In this document: positions 20,729 to 31,611 of the stretch, piece by piece
Numbering within the stretch: position 1 is the stretch's first letter
Layout: every line of letters starts with the position of its first letter
From: Macrostomum lignano
Lineage: Eukaryota
Direction: 5' to 3'
Assembly: GCA_002269645.1 (NCBI GenBank)
Contig: NIVC01000266.1
Span: 186,001-250,000, forward strand
DNA length: 64,000 nt
Notes under the pieces: generated by a model
The model's database searches: none
The model's input: the letters and a program-made list of their open reading frames with translations, nothing else
Told to the model about the DNA's origin: nothing
Made by a program: the position numbers and the translations under genes

Positions 20729-21023
20729 CATGACCCTCTCTGGTCACGGCTGCTTCTCCAGGCACCAGTACCTGCAGGGCAACGCCACCAACGCCACCTG
20801 TAGTTTCTGCAACTCAGGTGACGAAACCGCTGAGCATTTCGTCAGCATCTGTCCCGCCTTCACGCGGGCCAGACTCACTTACCTCGGGCCACACACATCT
20901 ATTACTGAAGCGTGCAAACCCGAAAACTTTAATCAGCTCATGCGCTACCTTCGGGCCACCCGCAGGGCTGAACTCTCCTTTCCAGAGAGCACTATAGCTG
21001 CTGGCGACACTGGGGGACCTCCC
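20729..21023 (+). repeat. 295-bp direct repeat of 26506-26800 (ORF2 C-terminus) at the 5' end of the retroelement
   Basis: The two copies are identical apart from 3 substitutions seen by eye. Confidence 0.95.
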
Positions 21024-21541
21024 CCCTGCACGCGAAGGCGTATTCAGCATGCCAGTGAAGTATGAGACAGACTAGGCCCATGGGCTAAGGTCTGCGATGC
21101 TTCACGCCTGCCCCTATCTTCAGCAGGTCAAGGCTGGTGGGAGGTCTGCACCCTCTATTTGCCTCTGGCAGCCGCAGACCCCCCACGCTGTCTCGCAAGT
21201 CGACCCAGGGTACTCGTCCCCGCGTGTGTTCAAGGCAGTCCCTAGGGCTGCTGGACAGACTGGGCTCCGGCGCTGGCGACCCTATCCAGTGGCTTCGGCC
21301 GAATTTGGGTATGCGGGTCTGGCTCGCCAACCTGCAGGCCGTGGTACTGCTCAACGTACTCTCTAATGCCTAAGGTGTTGACCGTCCCGATGGGCTGGAA
21401 GGCCGGGGAGTAGTCCGGTCGCAAGCGGTCCCCCTCCTGGTGTCGGGCCAGCCTTGAGGCTGCTATTGGCCTACTTCCCGGTCAGGTGGAGCGGCCGGGT
21501 GGGTACCGCGCCCCTTTGAGGGAGCCCACCAACCTTTTATC

Positions 21542-23047
21542 ATGGCCTTCGAGCCGATTATGGATAACAAAGCTTTTTCTAGGGACGGTGACCCTTCTAA
21601 ACCCCAACCTCAGTCCGAAGGACCGGCCGGCCCTGCTGGCAGATCCCAACCGACTGATTCAACTGTGGCAAAGGAAGGACCGGCTGGCTCTGCTGGCAGA
21701 TCCGACCAGAGCTACCAAACTCATAATACCCAAAGACCTGCCAGCTCCGCTGGTGGATCTAAGGGAACCGCGAGCTCTGAGCCTAAAGGACCGGCCAAAT
21801 CTGCCAGATCCGATGAAGCTCAGCGGGCTCGGCTTGAGCGCAAACGCGCTAAACAACGCGCCAAAAGGCAGGCCAAGAAGGGAGCTGCGGGGGCCAAAGC
21901 GGCGGCGTCCACCATGGATGCTGAAGCGACTGGCGTCCCAAGGCAACCAGACGGGCCGGCCGGTGTAAGCTCCGGTAGTTCAGCGGCGGCGCTCCCTGGA
22001 GATGCTGCTGCGGCTGCTGAGGCCGAAACCACGGCGCAACAAATGGCCACTGCCAACAAGGAGGTTCCTTCGGGAGCTACCTTTGCGGCGAAGGCCAAGA
22101 CCAAAATCCCGGGAGTGATCATCCAAGGTCGCGACCAGGACTGGACCACTGATCAGCTTCAAAAAGTGTGGAGTGCTGTTGACTCCTATCTGATTGAGCT
22201 GACTGTCGAGGAGGGAATCTCCATCGGCATTGAGCGGATGGTGCTGCGAAGCACATTCGTTCTTATTGCTCTTAGCAGCGAGGAGGACGCTCGGCAGCTG
22301 CTCCAGCGGCTACCGACGGTCTCCTTGGATGCTGACCTTGGCGGAGCTCTTTTTCTTCGCGAGGGCCGGCGTCCAAAGACGATACCCTATGTGGTTTTCG
22401 TCCCTGCTAAGAGCACCGCAGCTGGACCAGACGTTATTCGCCGGGTCCTACTGCGTCTGAACCCCGACCTCCCTGCTAGTGGACTGGTGTATCACCGTAA
22501 ACTCCGCAGGGGGGAGACGGGCAACTCAATTGTCCTCGGCCTTTCCAGCACTTGGGCGAGTCGGTACCCTAATGGATCCTCTTTCCAGCTGGGTGCCCTC
22601 AAGCTCAAGATGCGCCGAGGAAAGTCTGCCAAAGGGAAGGCTACTGCCAACCCCGGCATCTCCGGCAAGAGCGGGGCGCAGTCTAAGGCCCAAGGAAAGG
22701 CGCAAGCCGATCCCAAAGCCAAAGCTGCATCTCGCCCCTCTGCTAGCAGCAGTTCGGCGACCGCGGTAACGGCTCCGGCCAAGCCCCGGGAACCAAACCT
22801 GCCAGTCGGAGAAGGAGTTGAGGACGAGGCCGGGTCTTCGGAATCCGAGCTCTCCTCGGCCACCCTGGTGGGGTCTGAAGGTAAAGATGCAGGTGAGGAA
22901 GCTTCCTCCATCCTGTCATCGGAGCCTGAGGACTCTGCTGGGGGGGCCGGTGGGGGTGAGGAGGCCATGGACGTCGACCAACTCCCATCTCCCAGTCAAG
23001 CCCCAGCGGCCTGGGACGAGGACGATCTGTTGTCCAAGTCTCCTTGA
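21542..23047 (+). CDS. Retrotransposon ORF1 (gag-like, 501 aa)
   Basis: ATG-initiated ORF directly upstream of ORF2; basic patch RARLERKRAKQRAKRQAKK and low-complexity termini; no CCHC knuckle seen. Confidence 0.8.
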   Translation: MAFEPIMDNKAFSRDGDPSKPQPQSEGPAGPAGRSQPTDSTVAKEGPAGSAGRSDQSYQTHNTQRPASSAGGSKGTASSEPKGPAKSARSDEAQRARLERKRAKQRAKRQAKKGAAGAKAAASTMDAEATGVPRQPDGPAGVSSGSSAAALPGDAAAAAEAETTAQQMATANKEVPSGATFAAKAKTKIPGVIIQGRDQDWTTDQLQKVWSAVDSYLIELTVEEGISIGIERMVLRSTFVLIALSSEEDARQLLQRLPTVSLDADLGGALFLREGRRPKTIPYVVFVPAKSTAAGPDVIRRVLLRLNPDLPASGLVYHRKLRRGETGNSIVLGLSSTWASRYPNGSSFQLGALKLKMRRGKSAKGKATANPGISGKSGAQSKAQGKAQADPKAKAASRPSASSSSATAVTAPAKPREPNLPVGEGVEDEAGSSESELSSATLVGSEGKDAGEEASSILSSEPEDSAGGAGGGEEAMDVDQLPSPSQAPAAWDEDDLLSKSP

Positions 23048-23086
23048 TGGCCCTGGGCTCTAGCCAGAAATTGCATTTAATACAGT

Positions 23087-26000
23087 ATGACTAAGCTCCA
23101 CGCTGCCAAAGGAGCGACATTCTGTCTGCAAATTAATTTACAGCATTGCGTATCTGCGTCAGTAAATCTGATGAGATTGCTGAGCTGTACAGGCCAGGCC
23201 TCATCCTGATCCAGGAACCCTGGATGCGCAACGGTAAGTTGCCCAACATTCCCTCTGGCTACTCTGATTTTTATGTGTGTGGCCCGGGGAACAGCCGCCC
23301 TAGAGCGGCTATCCTCGCTGCTAGCCATCTCCAGGCTTGGCTGAGGACTGATCTCTCTGATGGAGACCTTTGCGTCATCCAATCTAATCATTTCTCTCCG
23401 CGTACGTGTCTTGTTGCCTCGGTTTATATCCCAGGCGACAGAGACCCTGCTCCTGAGAGTTTACTGCGCCTCGCGCAGTACTGCGAGTCCCAGAACGCTG
23501 AGCTGTGCTTAGGGGGCGACCTCAACGCGCACCACAAGCACTGGGGCAGCAAAGATACCAACACTAGAGGAGAGGAGCTTCTGGCCCTCATCTCTAACAC
23601 AAACCTCATGCTCTGCAACCGCGGCAGCACTCCTACCTTTAATAATGGCAGATGGACCGAGGTCCTCGACGCCACACTCGTTACCCCAAGACTCTTTGAC
23701 AGAGTTGAGGAGTGGAGAGTCTGGTCTGAGGAGCCCTCCCTGTCTGACCACTGCTTTATCGCCTTTAACATCGCGGACACTAAAACCCAGTCTCCGATCA
23801 CTTGGAGACGCAATATCCGCAACACTGATTGGGCGGCCTACAAGGCTGCCCTTGATCTGCACCTGCAGGAACTCACGGACTTACGTCCGATTGAGACCTG
23901 CGAGGATGTGGATCATATGGCTGAGACGCTGACAGGTTGCATTATTGAAGCCTACGAAGCGGCTTGTCCTGCTCGCGCCTACAAAGGCAAGACCTCGGCG
24001 CCGTGGTGGAACCCGGAGCTGGGGAAACTCAGGCGGAAGGCCAAAAGCCTTCATCGCCGTGCCATGAAGACCGGAAACCCGGAGGACATGGAGCTTTTCC
24101 GGCAAGCCTCCCGCAATTTCAAATCTGAAGTGCGCAAGGCCAAGGAATGTAAGTGGCGCCAATTCTGCAATGAATTGATCAAGACAGACCTACTTCTAGG
24201 CTTGTCAAGGCCCTTACAATGGACAAAATGTCCAAATTAGCCATGATCAAAAAAGATGATGGCTCTCTTACTAAAGACCCTGAAGAAGTGCTTCAGCATA
24301 TGCTTAGCACATTCTTCCCGAGGGTACCTACTGCTAGACCGGAGCCCAACCATTCGATGGATGGAGCCACCCTAGCGGCGGGCATTGTCACTGAAGACCT
24401 AATCGCTCGTGCGGTCAGAACCTTCAAGCCCTTCAAATCTCCTGGACCTGATGGTATCTACCCTGTTCTCCTTCGTGAAGCAGCCAAGATACCCTCGTTC
24501 CTGAGACTCACCCGCAATCTTATGCGGGCCTCTATCCAGCTGGGATACGTTCCCAAATGCTGGACTGAAGCTCGGTAGTCTTTATTCCCAAACCTGGGAA
24601 GGGTGACTACCAAAGCGTCAAGGCCTTCCGGCCTATTAGCTTAACGTCAGCAATGCTTAAGCTCACTGAGAGGCTTATTCTCTGGCGGCTGCTGTCCTGC
24701 GAGCTGACAGCGATGCCCCTCAGCAATAATCAGCACGCCTTCCGTACCGGGAGTCGACTGACAGCGCCCTGCATGCGATTGTCGAGAAGATTGAAAGGGC
24801 GGTACTGGGTGACGGTTACGCTCTGGCTCTCTTTCTTGACATTGTTGGCGCCTTCGACAACGTTATCTTTGAAGCGTTTCAGAGGGCCCTTCAAAATCGC
24901 AAAGCTCATGCTACCCTCATACGGTGGATCATGTACATGATCTCCAACCGTACGGTCACTGCCCAACTTCTTGGCAAACTGCCTCCACCAGAGTCTGTAA
25001 GGGTGGACCCCAAGGCGGAGTCCTCACCCCGACGCTCTGGAACCTGGTCATGGACGCTCTTTTGAGTGACTCCCGACCCGACCCCGTCTCAAAGTCGGGT
25101 ATGCTGATGACGTCACGGCCATTGTGGCAGGACCGTCTCCCAGCACGCTCAGGGATCTGATGCAGAGCTTTATCCGCAAAGCAGAATCCTGGGCCAATGA
25201 CAATGGTCTGGAACTCTCTGAGCCCAAAACCGTTGCCATTATGTTTACCAGCAGACTACGCTGGAACATACGTCCTCTGCAGCTCTACGGCAGAGATATT
25301 GCCTTCGCGCATCAGACCAGATGTCTCGGGGTCATACTTGACCACCGGCTCAACTGGTCCTCCCATGTGAAAGCAAAAGCCAAGCGTGCCTCAGACATCC
25401 TGGCCCAGCTCCGACGAGCACTTGGCACTTCTTGGGGTCTATCCCCAAAGCGGCTTTGGTGGATCTATACTTCCGTAGTTACTGGTAGACCTGCCATTAC
25501 GTACGCCTCTGTTGTCTGGGTTAGCGCTACCCAGGTCAAAAGCCATGCAGACCTGCTCAACACGATCCAAGGCAGAGCGTGTAGGCTCATCTGCAACGCC
25601 ACCAGGTCCACGCCCTTTGCTGGCATGGGGGCCTTCCTTAATCTTCCGCCTCTTGACCTCTTCATCAGGGGTGAGGCGGCTAGAACGACGCGGCGTCTAA
25701 TTGATGCCGGCGTCAAATTCATTTACATGAGAACACCTGCTAAGCGGAACCTTGTCCCGCATAGCGATCTGTGCCTCAACTTTCTCAACGAGTGTCAGGC
25801 CAATCGCGTCTTCACCGATGGCATTGCCTCAACGCTCAACCTGAGACAGCGCTACTCCGTAGCTATCGACTCGCGCGATAACATCAATGACCAATGGAAC
25901 CCTGGTGAGCTTCATTGCTACACCGACGGTTCTAAGCAGTCAGTCAACACCGGCTTTGGTGTTGGAATCTTTCTGAACGGGAGGGTCATCGCTACCCACG

Positions 26001-26827
26001 CTCAATACACTGGGGTCAACTCCAGTGTTTTCCAAAATGAAGTTCTGGCCATCAGCTCCTGCACTGCAGAGCTTCTCGCCACTGGCGTTACTGGTAAGAA
26101 CATCATTTTCCATTCGGACAGCCAAGCTGCCTTGCACGCCATCAGTGGCTGCAGCACCAACTCTGCTACAGTCCTCGACTGTATCAAACTCCTCAACGTG
26201 TTGGGTTCCGCCAACAAAATTACCCTTAAGTGGGTTCCGGGGCATGTGGGGATCCGAGGAAATGAGTTGGCTGACACCCTTGCAAAAGTTGGTGCCTCCG
26301 GCTCCTCTCTCGGCCCCGAACCTCTTGTCCCGATTCCTGGCTGTGTCATCGACTCGCGCATCAAAGCGTGGATCAGGACTCAGCACCGCTCGACTTGGGC
26401 GAACCGCACGAACTGCAGGCAATCCAGAGGCGCTGTCCCTCAGCCCTCTCACCAGCTCCGGAAGCTCCTCTTGCGCCTCTCGCGCAGAGACATCCGGGCT
26501 GCCACCATGACCCTCTCTGGTCACGGCTGCTTCTCCAGGCACCAGTACCTTCAGGGCAACGCCACCAACGCCACCTGTAGTTTCTGCAACTCAGGTGACG
26601 AAACCGCTGAGCATTTCGTCAGCATCTGTCCCGCCTTCACGCGGGCCAGACTCACTTACCTCGGGCCACACACATCTATTACTGAAGCGTGCAAACCCGA
26701 AAACTTTAATCAGCTCATGCGCTACCTTCGGGCCACCCGCTGGGCTGAACTCTCCTTTCCAGAGAGCACCATAGCTGCTGGCGACACTGGGGGACCTCCC
26801 TGGGCGGCGCCAACCCTCCGTCCATAG
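23087..26827 (+). pseudogene. Retrotransposon ORF2 (APE endonuclease, reverse transcriptase, RNase H, CCHC), about 6 frameshifts
   Basis: Motifs LQINLQH, LIQEPW, GGDLNAHH and SDH (APE); KSPGPDGI, PQGGVL and YADD at 25100 (RT); YTDGSK, SDSQAAL and WVPGHVGIRGNELAD (RNase H); CSFC..HFVSIC. Confidence 0.9.
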
Positions 26828-27197
26828 CGACGCGTCGGCCGTTCAGGGACTAGCGGAATGGGCGCCCGCGCCTTCCCGCTGTGTCCCCTCCGGGACAGCC
26901 CTGCAGCTAAGTCAAGTAAGTCCAGGGGGACCTCCCTAGGCGGCGCCAACTCTCCGTCCATAGCGACGCGTCGGCCGTTCAGAGACTAGCGGAATGGGCG
27001 CCCGCGCCTTCCCGCTGTGTCCCCTCCGGGACAGCCCTGCAGTTAAGTCAAGTAAGTCAAGGGGGACCTCCCTGGGCGGCGCCAACTCTCCGTCCATAGC
27101 GACGCGTCGGCCGTTCAGAGACTAGCGGAATGGGCGCCCGCGCCTTCCCGCTGTGTCCCCTCCGGGACAGCCCTGCAGTTAAGTCAAGTAAGTCAAG
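26789..27197 (+). repeat. Three tandem 136-bp copies of the retroelement 3' UTR and tail
   Basis: Units start GGGGGACCTCCC at 26789, 26925 and 27061, and each ends TAAGTCAAGTAAGTC. Confidence 0.95.
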
Positions 27198-28268
27198 ACT
27201 ATAATCTTACAACTGTCTACCTGCCTGTCTGTCAGCTTACTAAGATACGAGTAATTTATTCGTTTTTTGATCAGCGAAGCTCACTCTTGGCAGTATATAC
27301 CTTCCTACTACCCATATCGCGTCATTTTATTGGGTTTATAGTTTATAGCTTCGATCTTATATACGAGTGTAAGATGTGCCATGTCTGATGGTACGAGTAG
27401 CTAATAAATTTGAATGTATAACAAAAACAAGAGCTAATTATAATTCTAATTCAACGATACTTTTGTCGTAAACATAAAATCTCAGTTTTAATTTCTTCTT
27501 AAGCAGTTTTTTTAACTATACTGTTCGTAGTGTGCAACAACAGTTCGAAAATTATTTGAAGTTAGATTTGCAAAGCATTGAATTGTTGAATGCTGGAAAA
27601 TCGTTTCAAGTTATGAAGATTTATTTTATTATTTTACTATTAGGGTACACATTACTTCTTGATGTCTCCCTGCATGTCGGTATTTTTTATTATATGCATC
27701 AGGAATACACAAGCTTATCCAAAATTTGTTTTTCTACCAAAAAGACTTTGAAATCGATCAAATATCAAAACTACAAGGAAAAGCAATTCTGCAACAATTA
27801 AAACGATCGAATAGGCAGGTCGCAGCATGTCGTATTAAATCGTTCGTTGGTTAGTGACTAGAGAAACGCGAAAGATTGAAGTTGGTAACTCGAAACAGTG
27901 CAGTCACGGCATACATTGAAGTGCATTGAATTCATTAGTAGTGCTAAAATCATGTAAGGCGGGCAATTTGTTAATCCAAATATATTGTTATTGATTAAAT
28001 ATGGTGGCTAATTTGTGACGGATCGTCTTTCCTAGAAAATTCTATCGCTTGGCTTGAACTCGAACCAACTCGTCTGGCATCTGCCTACTCGTGAAGACTC
28101 CCGGGAGACCAAATTACTATGCTATGCTAGTCTGGGTCTGTTTGAGTTCGCACTATCACTTAATACGAAGTACCGATGCAGTATTGCCTATCCCTGTCTG
28201 TATTCTTTGATGTAGATCTTGATTTTGTTTCGCCCCCTATCAACCTGCTCACATTTACTCCAATCTGC

Positions 28269-29082
28269 TCACAAAGCTACACAGCCGCCCTTCTCTTTAA
28301 ACGGATTCTCAGTCTGCTTGGTGAAACCGTTGATCAGCATGTCATCGGCAGAGCGATCCTCGCAGTACTTGATCAGCTCCGCCACTGTCTGCGACACTGA
28401 CAGGCGGTTCAGGCCGGCCTCCACCCGCAGCTGTTCCACCATGCAGCGCTGCACCGCCAGAGCGTCAGCCAGTTTGCTCACTGAAATCGGTAAATTAGGT
28501 TTGGAATCCTAGCAGTTGTGGCGTCTTCATCCGCAACTTACTGTTCCACCTGTAGTGTCTCGTCTGTTTGCTGTCACGCAGACCCAATTGACACTCAGAA
28601 ACTGCTGCAGTCCGAGACCCAATTGACCCTCAGAAACTGCTGCAGTCCGAGACCCAATTGACCCTCAGAAACTGCTGCAGTCCGAGACCCAATTGACCCT
28701 TAGAAACTGCTGCAGTCCGAGACCCAATTGACCCTCAGAAACTGCTGCAGTCCGAGACCCAATTGACCCTCAGAAACTGCTGCAGTCCGAGACCCAATTG
28801 ACCCTCAGAAACTGCTGCAGTCCGAGACCCAATTGACCCTCAGAAACTGCTGCAGTCTGAAACCCAATTGATCCTCAGAAACTGCTGCAGTCCGAGACCC
28901 AATTGACCCTCAGTAACTGCTGCAGTCCGAGACCCAATTGACCCTCAGTAACTGCTGTACTCCGCAAAGTTATGAACCTCGTTCCTTTTTGCAGCTCTGT
29001 GCATAACTAAAATCAGCAATGACGCTTTCAACGCTTGCGAGTAAAAACAATTTTTCTTGAGAGAACTTGACGGATCCTTACT
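28269..29082 (-). CDS. Heterotrimeric G-protein gamma subunit 1 of this window (70 aa); join(29082, 28480..28269)
   Basis: MVEQLRVEA..NPFKEKGGCVAL (GGL domain, CaaX ending in L). The ORF lacks its own ATG; the acceptor ttaccgatttcag at 28481 and donor A|gtaagg at 29081 rebuild A|TG. Confidence 0.88.
28581..28960. repeat. 35-bp minisatellite, ~11 copies, in the G-gamma 1 intron
   Basis: Unit GACCCAATTGACCCTCAGAAACTGCTGCAGTCCGA. Confidence 0.95.
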
Positions 29083-29199
29083 TTTCTAAAGGTAGAGAAG
29101 ACGGTCTCACGGAATGCTGAGCACAGGAGAGAAGAACACTTTTTTTGCTTAGGAAAACCTTCACGCTGCGTTTCCTGCTGTGAGCGACGCTGTCTGCAT

Positions 29200-29303
29200 T
29201 GAACTTGAATTGAAGCCGCCGAGAGATGGCCTCTTTGTATAGGATCTGTACCAATCCTCTGGAGTGGCTGCTGCCTAATTCTCAAAAGCGCAGCTCCCAT
29301 TGG
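29200..29303 (-). promoter_or_regulatory. Putative core promoter of G-gamma 1
   Basis: On the minus strand: CCAAT (29299-29303), TATACAAA (29234-29241), then Inr-like TCAATTC ~25 nt further on. Motif spacing only. Confidence 0.35.
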
Positions 29304-30504
29304 TCGATGGCCTCCCCCTTGACTGCAACCGTGGCTGTAATCCCCCCTGCAGCCCATGGGATATGAACTATGCTATAGACCAGGCATGCAATTGTCGTGC
29401 AGACTGCAACAGCTGCTTTTTACTGGTGGCGTTGAAGACACGCACGCCCCCGTCCTCCCTGCCTGCCTGTCTTCTGGTACTGCGTTCCCTCCTCCCCAGC
29501 TACTCCCTGAAATTGGAAATTCTGCCTTGGGTTGCCTGCGCCCCTTATTCTTCTTCTATTGCTTCTTCCAGCGCTCCTGTATTCTCCATACTCGTATTAT
29601 TATTCCCCTTCGCCAAGCCAGCAACCGTAGGAATAGCGTAGCAGCAAGTCAAGTCCCACACAGGCCATATTCAACTGTCAACTAACTGAAACGGTGTATC
29701 TTTCATTTTCCCTTCTCTCCGTTCACACGAACTCCCATTCCCCTCTTTATGGACGGGCGCGGTGCGGAGGCAGAAATGACCAGGCCTTCCAATTTGCAAT
29801 TCGAGATGGCGGGTGGTGGCGCAAAGTGCAAATTTGTGGAGCTTTCGGGGTGTGGAAAATTTACATTAGCTATTGCTGCTCCCGGGGCTGGGCTTGGCAG
29901 ATATGCGTTTTTTAGGGCCACCCGTCATGGCCTATGCAGCGTCATGCAGCGCTTTCATCCCGGCAAAAGCGAACCCTGAATGCATGGGCTTTATATGCAC
30001 CCCGGTTTCAGCCTTTCATAACTCCGCTCGATTTCCGCCCTGCCAGAGGTTTTTGTTCGTCCGAATTTTCTAATTGGCATGGCCAACCATGGAAACTATT
30101 TTGCAATAGTAAAATATATTTTACGTTGTGGTCTCATTCTTCATTAATGAGCGTAGCAAATATCGCAAAAATGACCAGTCAATGAAACGGTAGTCTTAGC
30201 TCGTACGAAATTGCTCACTTTGAACTCAATAATATTATTGTTTAAGAAGGTTCGAGACGATGTGGCACTGAGTTCGTATACGCATCGGCCTCTGAGGCTC
30301 TGGATCCTGCGGGGTCTATGTGGGCAGCTGATCTCCCACTTGGAAAAATAGCTCCACTGGGAGTACCGCGTGTAGAGTAATTTAAGATAACTTTTGAATT
30401 ATTTGGTTTTTACTTAAACCTTAATTGGAATTGTTAAGAAACAACAGTGAGTGGCGTAGGGCCCACATGAGTGTTACATGTACTCGTAAGACTTAAATTT
30501 AGGC

Positions 30505-30823
30505 CTAGGGAGTTAAGTGCAGATAAGAAAAGGAGCGGTAGAGTGCGCGACTGAAGAAAGAGACGAGATTGAATAGCCAATCAGAAGGCAGTGAGGGAAA
30601 GAGATAAGAGAAGGAGGGTGGAGTGCGCGACTGAGGAGAGGCGAGATTGAATAGCCAATCAGAAGGCAGTGAGGGAAAGAGATAGCTCGTAAGAGAAGGA
30701 GGGTGCAGTGCGCGACTGAAGAAAGAGGCGAGATTGAATAGCCAATCAGAAGGCAGTGAGTGAGAGAGAGAGAAGAATAACAAGACTGGACTGGACTGAA
30801 CTGAGAGGGAGAGAAAACAGAGT

Positions 30824-30899
<76 letters not shown>

Positions 30900-30935
30900 G
30901 AGGGCTGAAGAGATGACTAAGAAAGTCACGACACC
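30505..30935. repeat. Dispersed repeat with three AGCCAATCAG subrepeats and a (GA)~37 tract; a related copy lies at ~56470-56665
   Basis: Shared blocks GCAGATAA..GAGTGCG..CCAATCAGA..AATAACAAGA..ATGACTA(A/G)GAAAGTC at both sites. Confidence 0.6.
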
Positions 30936-30975
30936 GCGTATGACGTATATGACACGCGCCAATCACATGGTTACA

Positions 30976-31100
30976 GTATCCAATATACTAAAAATGGTCT
31001 GTCTGTGTCTATCTATCTATCTATCTATCTATCTATGTGATCGATTAGAGAAAAAATGGCTGGACAGATTTTGTTCGAACTTGCACTGTTCGATCAGAAA
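30976..31100 (+). mobile_element. Possible Helitron/DINE-like non-autonomous element 5' part
   Basis: ATCCAATATACTAAAAAT, then a (CTAT)n microsatellite, then AAAATGGCTGGACAGATTTT: a layout like Helitron-derived short elements. Weak. Confidence 0.3.
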
Positions 31101-31611
31101 TTTTCCCGTGACTGTACATGCATCGTGGCTAAGAAATTGCTCGATGCTAAAGGCATTAAATATTCGAAAAACATGCTTTTTTGCAAAGGTCAAGCAAACT
31201 TTTCGACTTGAAATGCATTGTAAGAATGCTAGAGAAAAAACTGACTGGTTGAATTCTGATTCTGAAATAGATTGCATCATAACTAAATTGTAACTCCGAC
31301 TTGAATTGGAAATGCAGTGTGAAAGCGTAGCACCAGACTTGATTTAAATTGCGTAACCATATTGTTAACTGATACCGACTGACTGAAAAACTGATTATGT
31401 CATAACTGCTTTGTGTGATTTACTCTATGCTTGGATTTAAAAGTGTTAAATTATATAAGTGCAAAAGTTGATGTTATCAAAACGATGAGAGCTAGCCTAG
31501 AGGTGAACAAACTGAACTGCTAAATGCAGCGACGATGGTTTGAATTTTCATAGAGTATAATTTTTTAATTAAATCTTTTCAACGTCAGAAAAACTAAAAG
31601 ACTTTTTAAAA

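Larger units (their letters stand above)
20731..27197 (+). mobile_element. Non-LTR retrotransposon with APE, RT and RNase H (R1/LOA/I-group like)
   Basis: 14-bp TSD ACTATAATCTTACA at 20717-20730 and 27198-27211; two-ORF layout; (AAGTCAAGT)-type tail. Confidence 0.92.

Noticed and set aside
26789-26924. HDV-like ribozyme in the 136-bp unit (GGGGGAC pairs with GUCCCCU with a G-U first pair; GCUAA present)
   Set aside because: P1 is followed by CC rather than the P1.1 GG, no P2 partner fits, and the would-be catalytic C is T in two of the three copies.
29028-29357. Upstream ORF whose spliced stop (AAA|TGA) would overlap the G-gamma ATG, suggesting stop-start coupling
   Set aside because: Its ATGs lie upstream of the putative TATA/Inr, so they are probably not transcribed, and the overlap has a 1-in-3 chance; the protein is unrecognisable.
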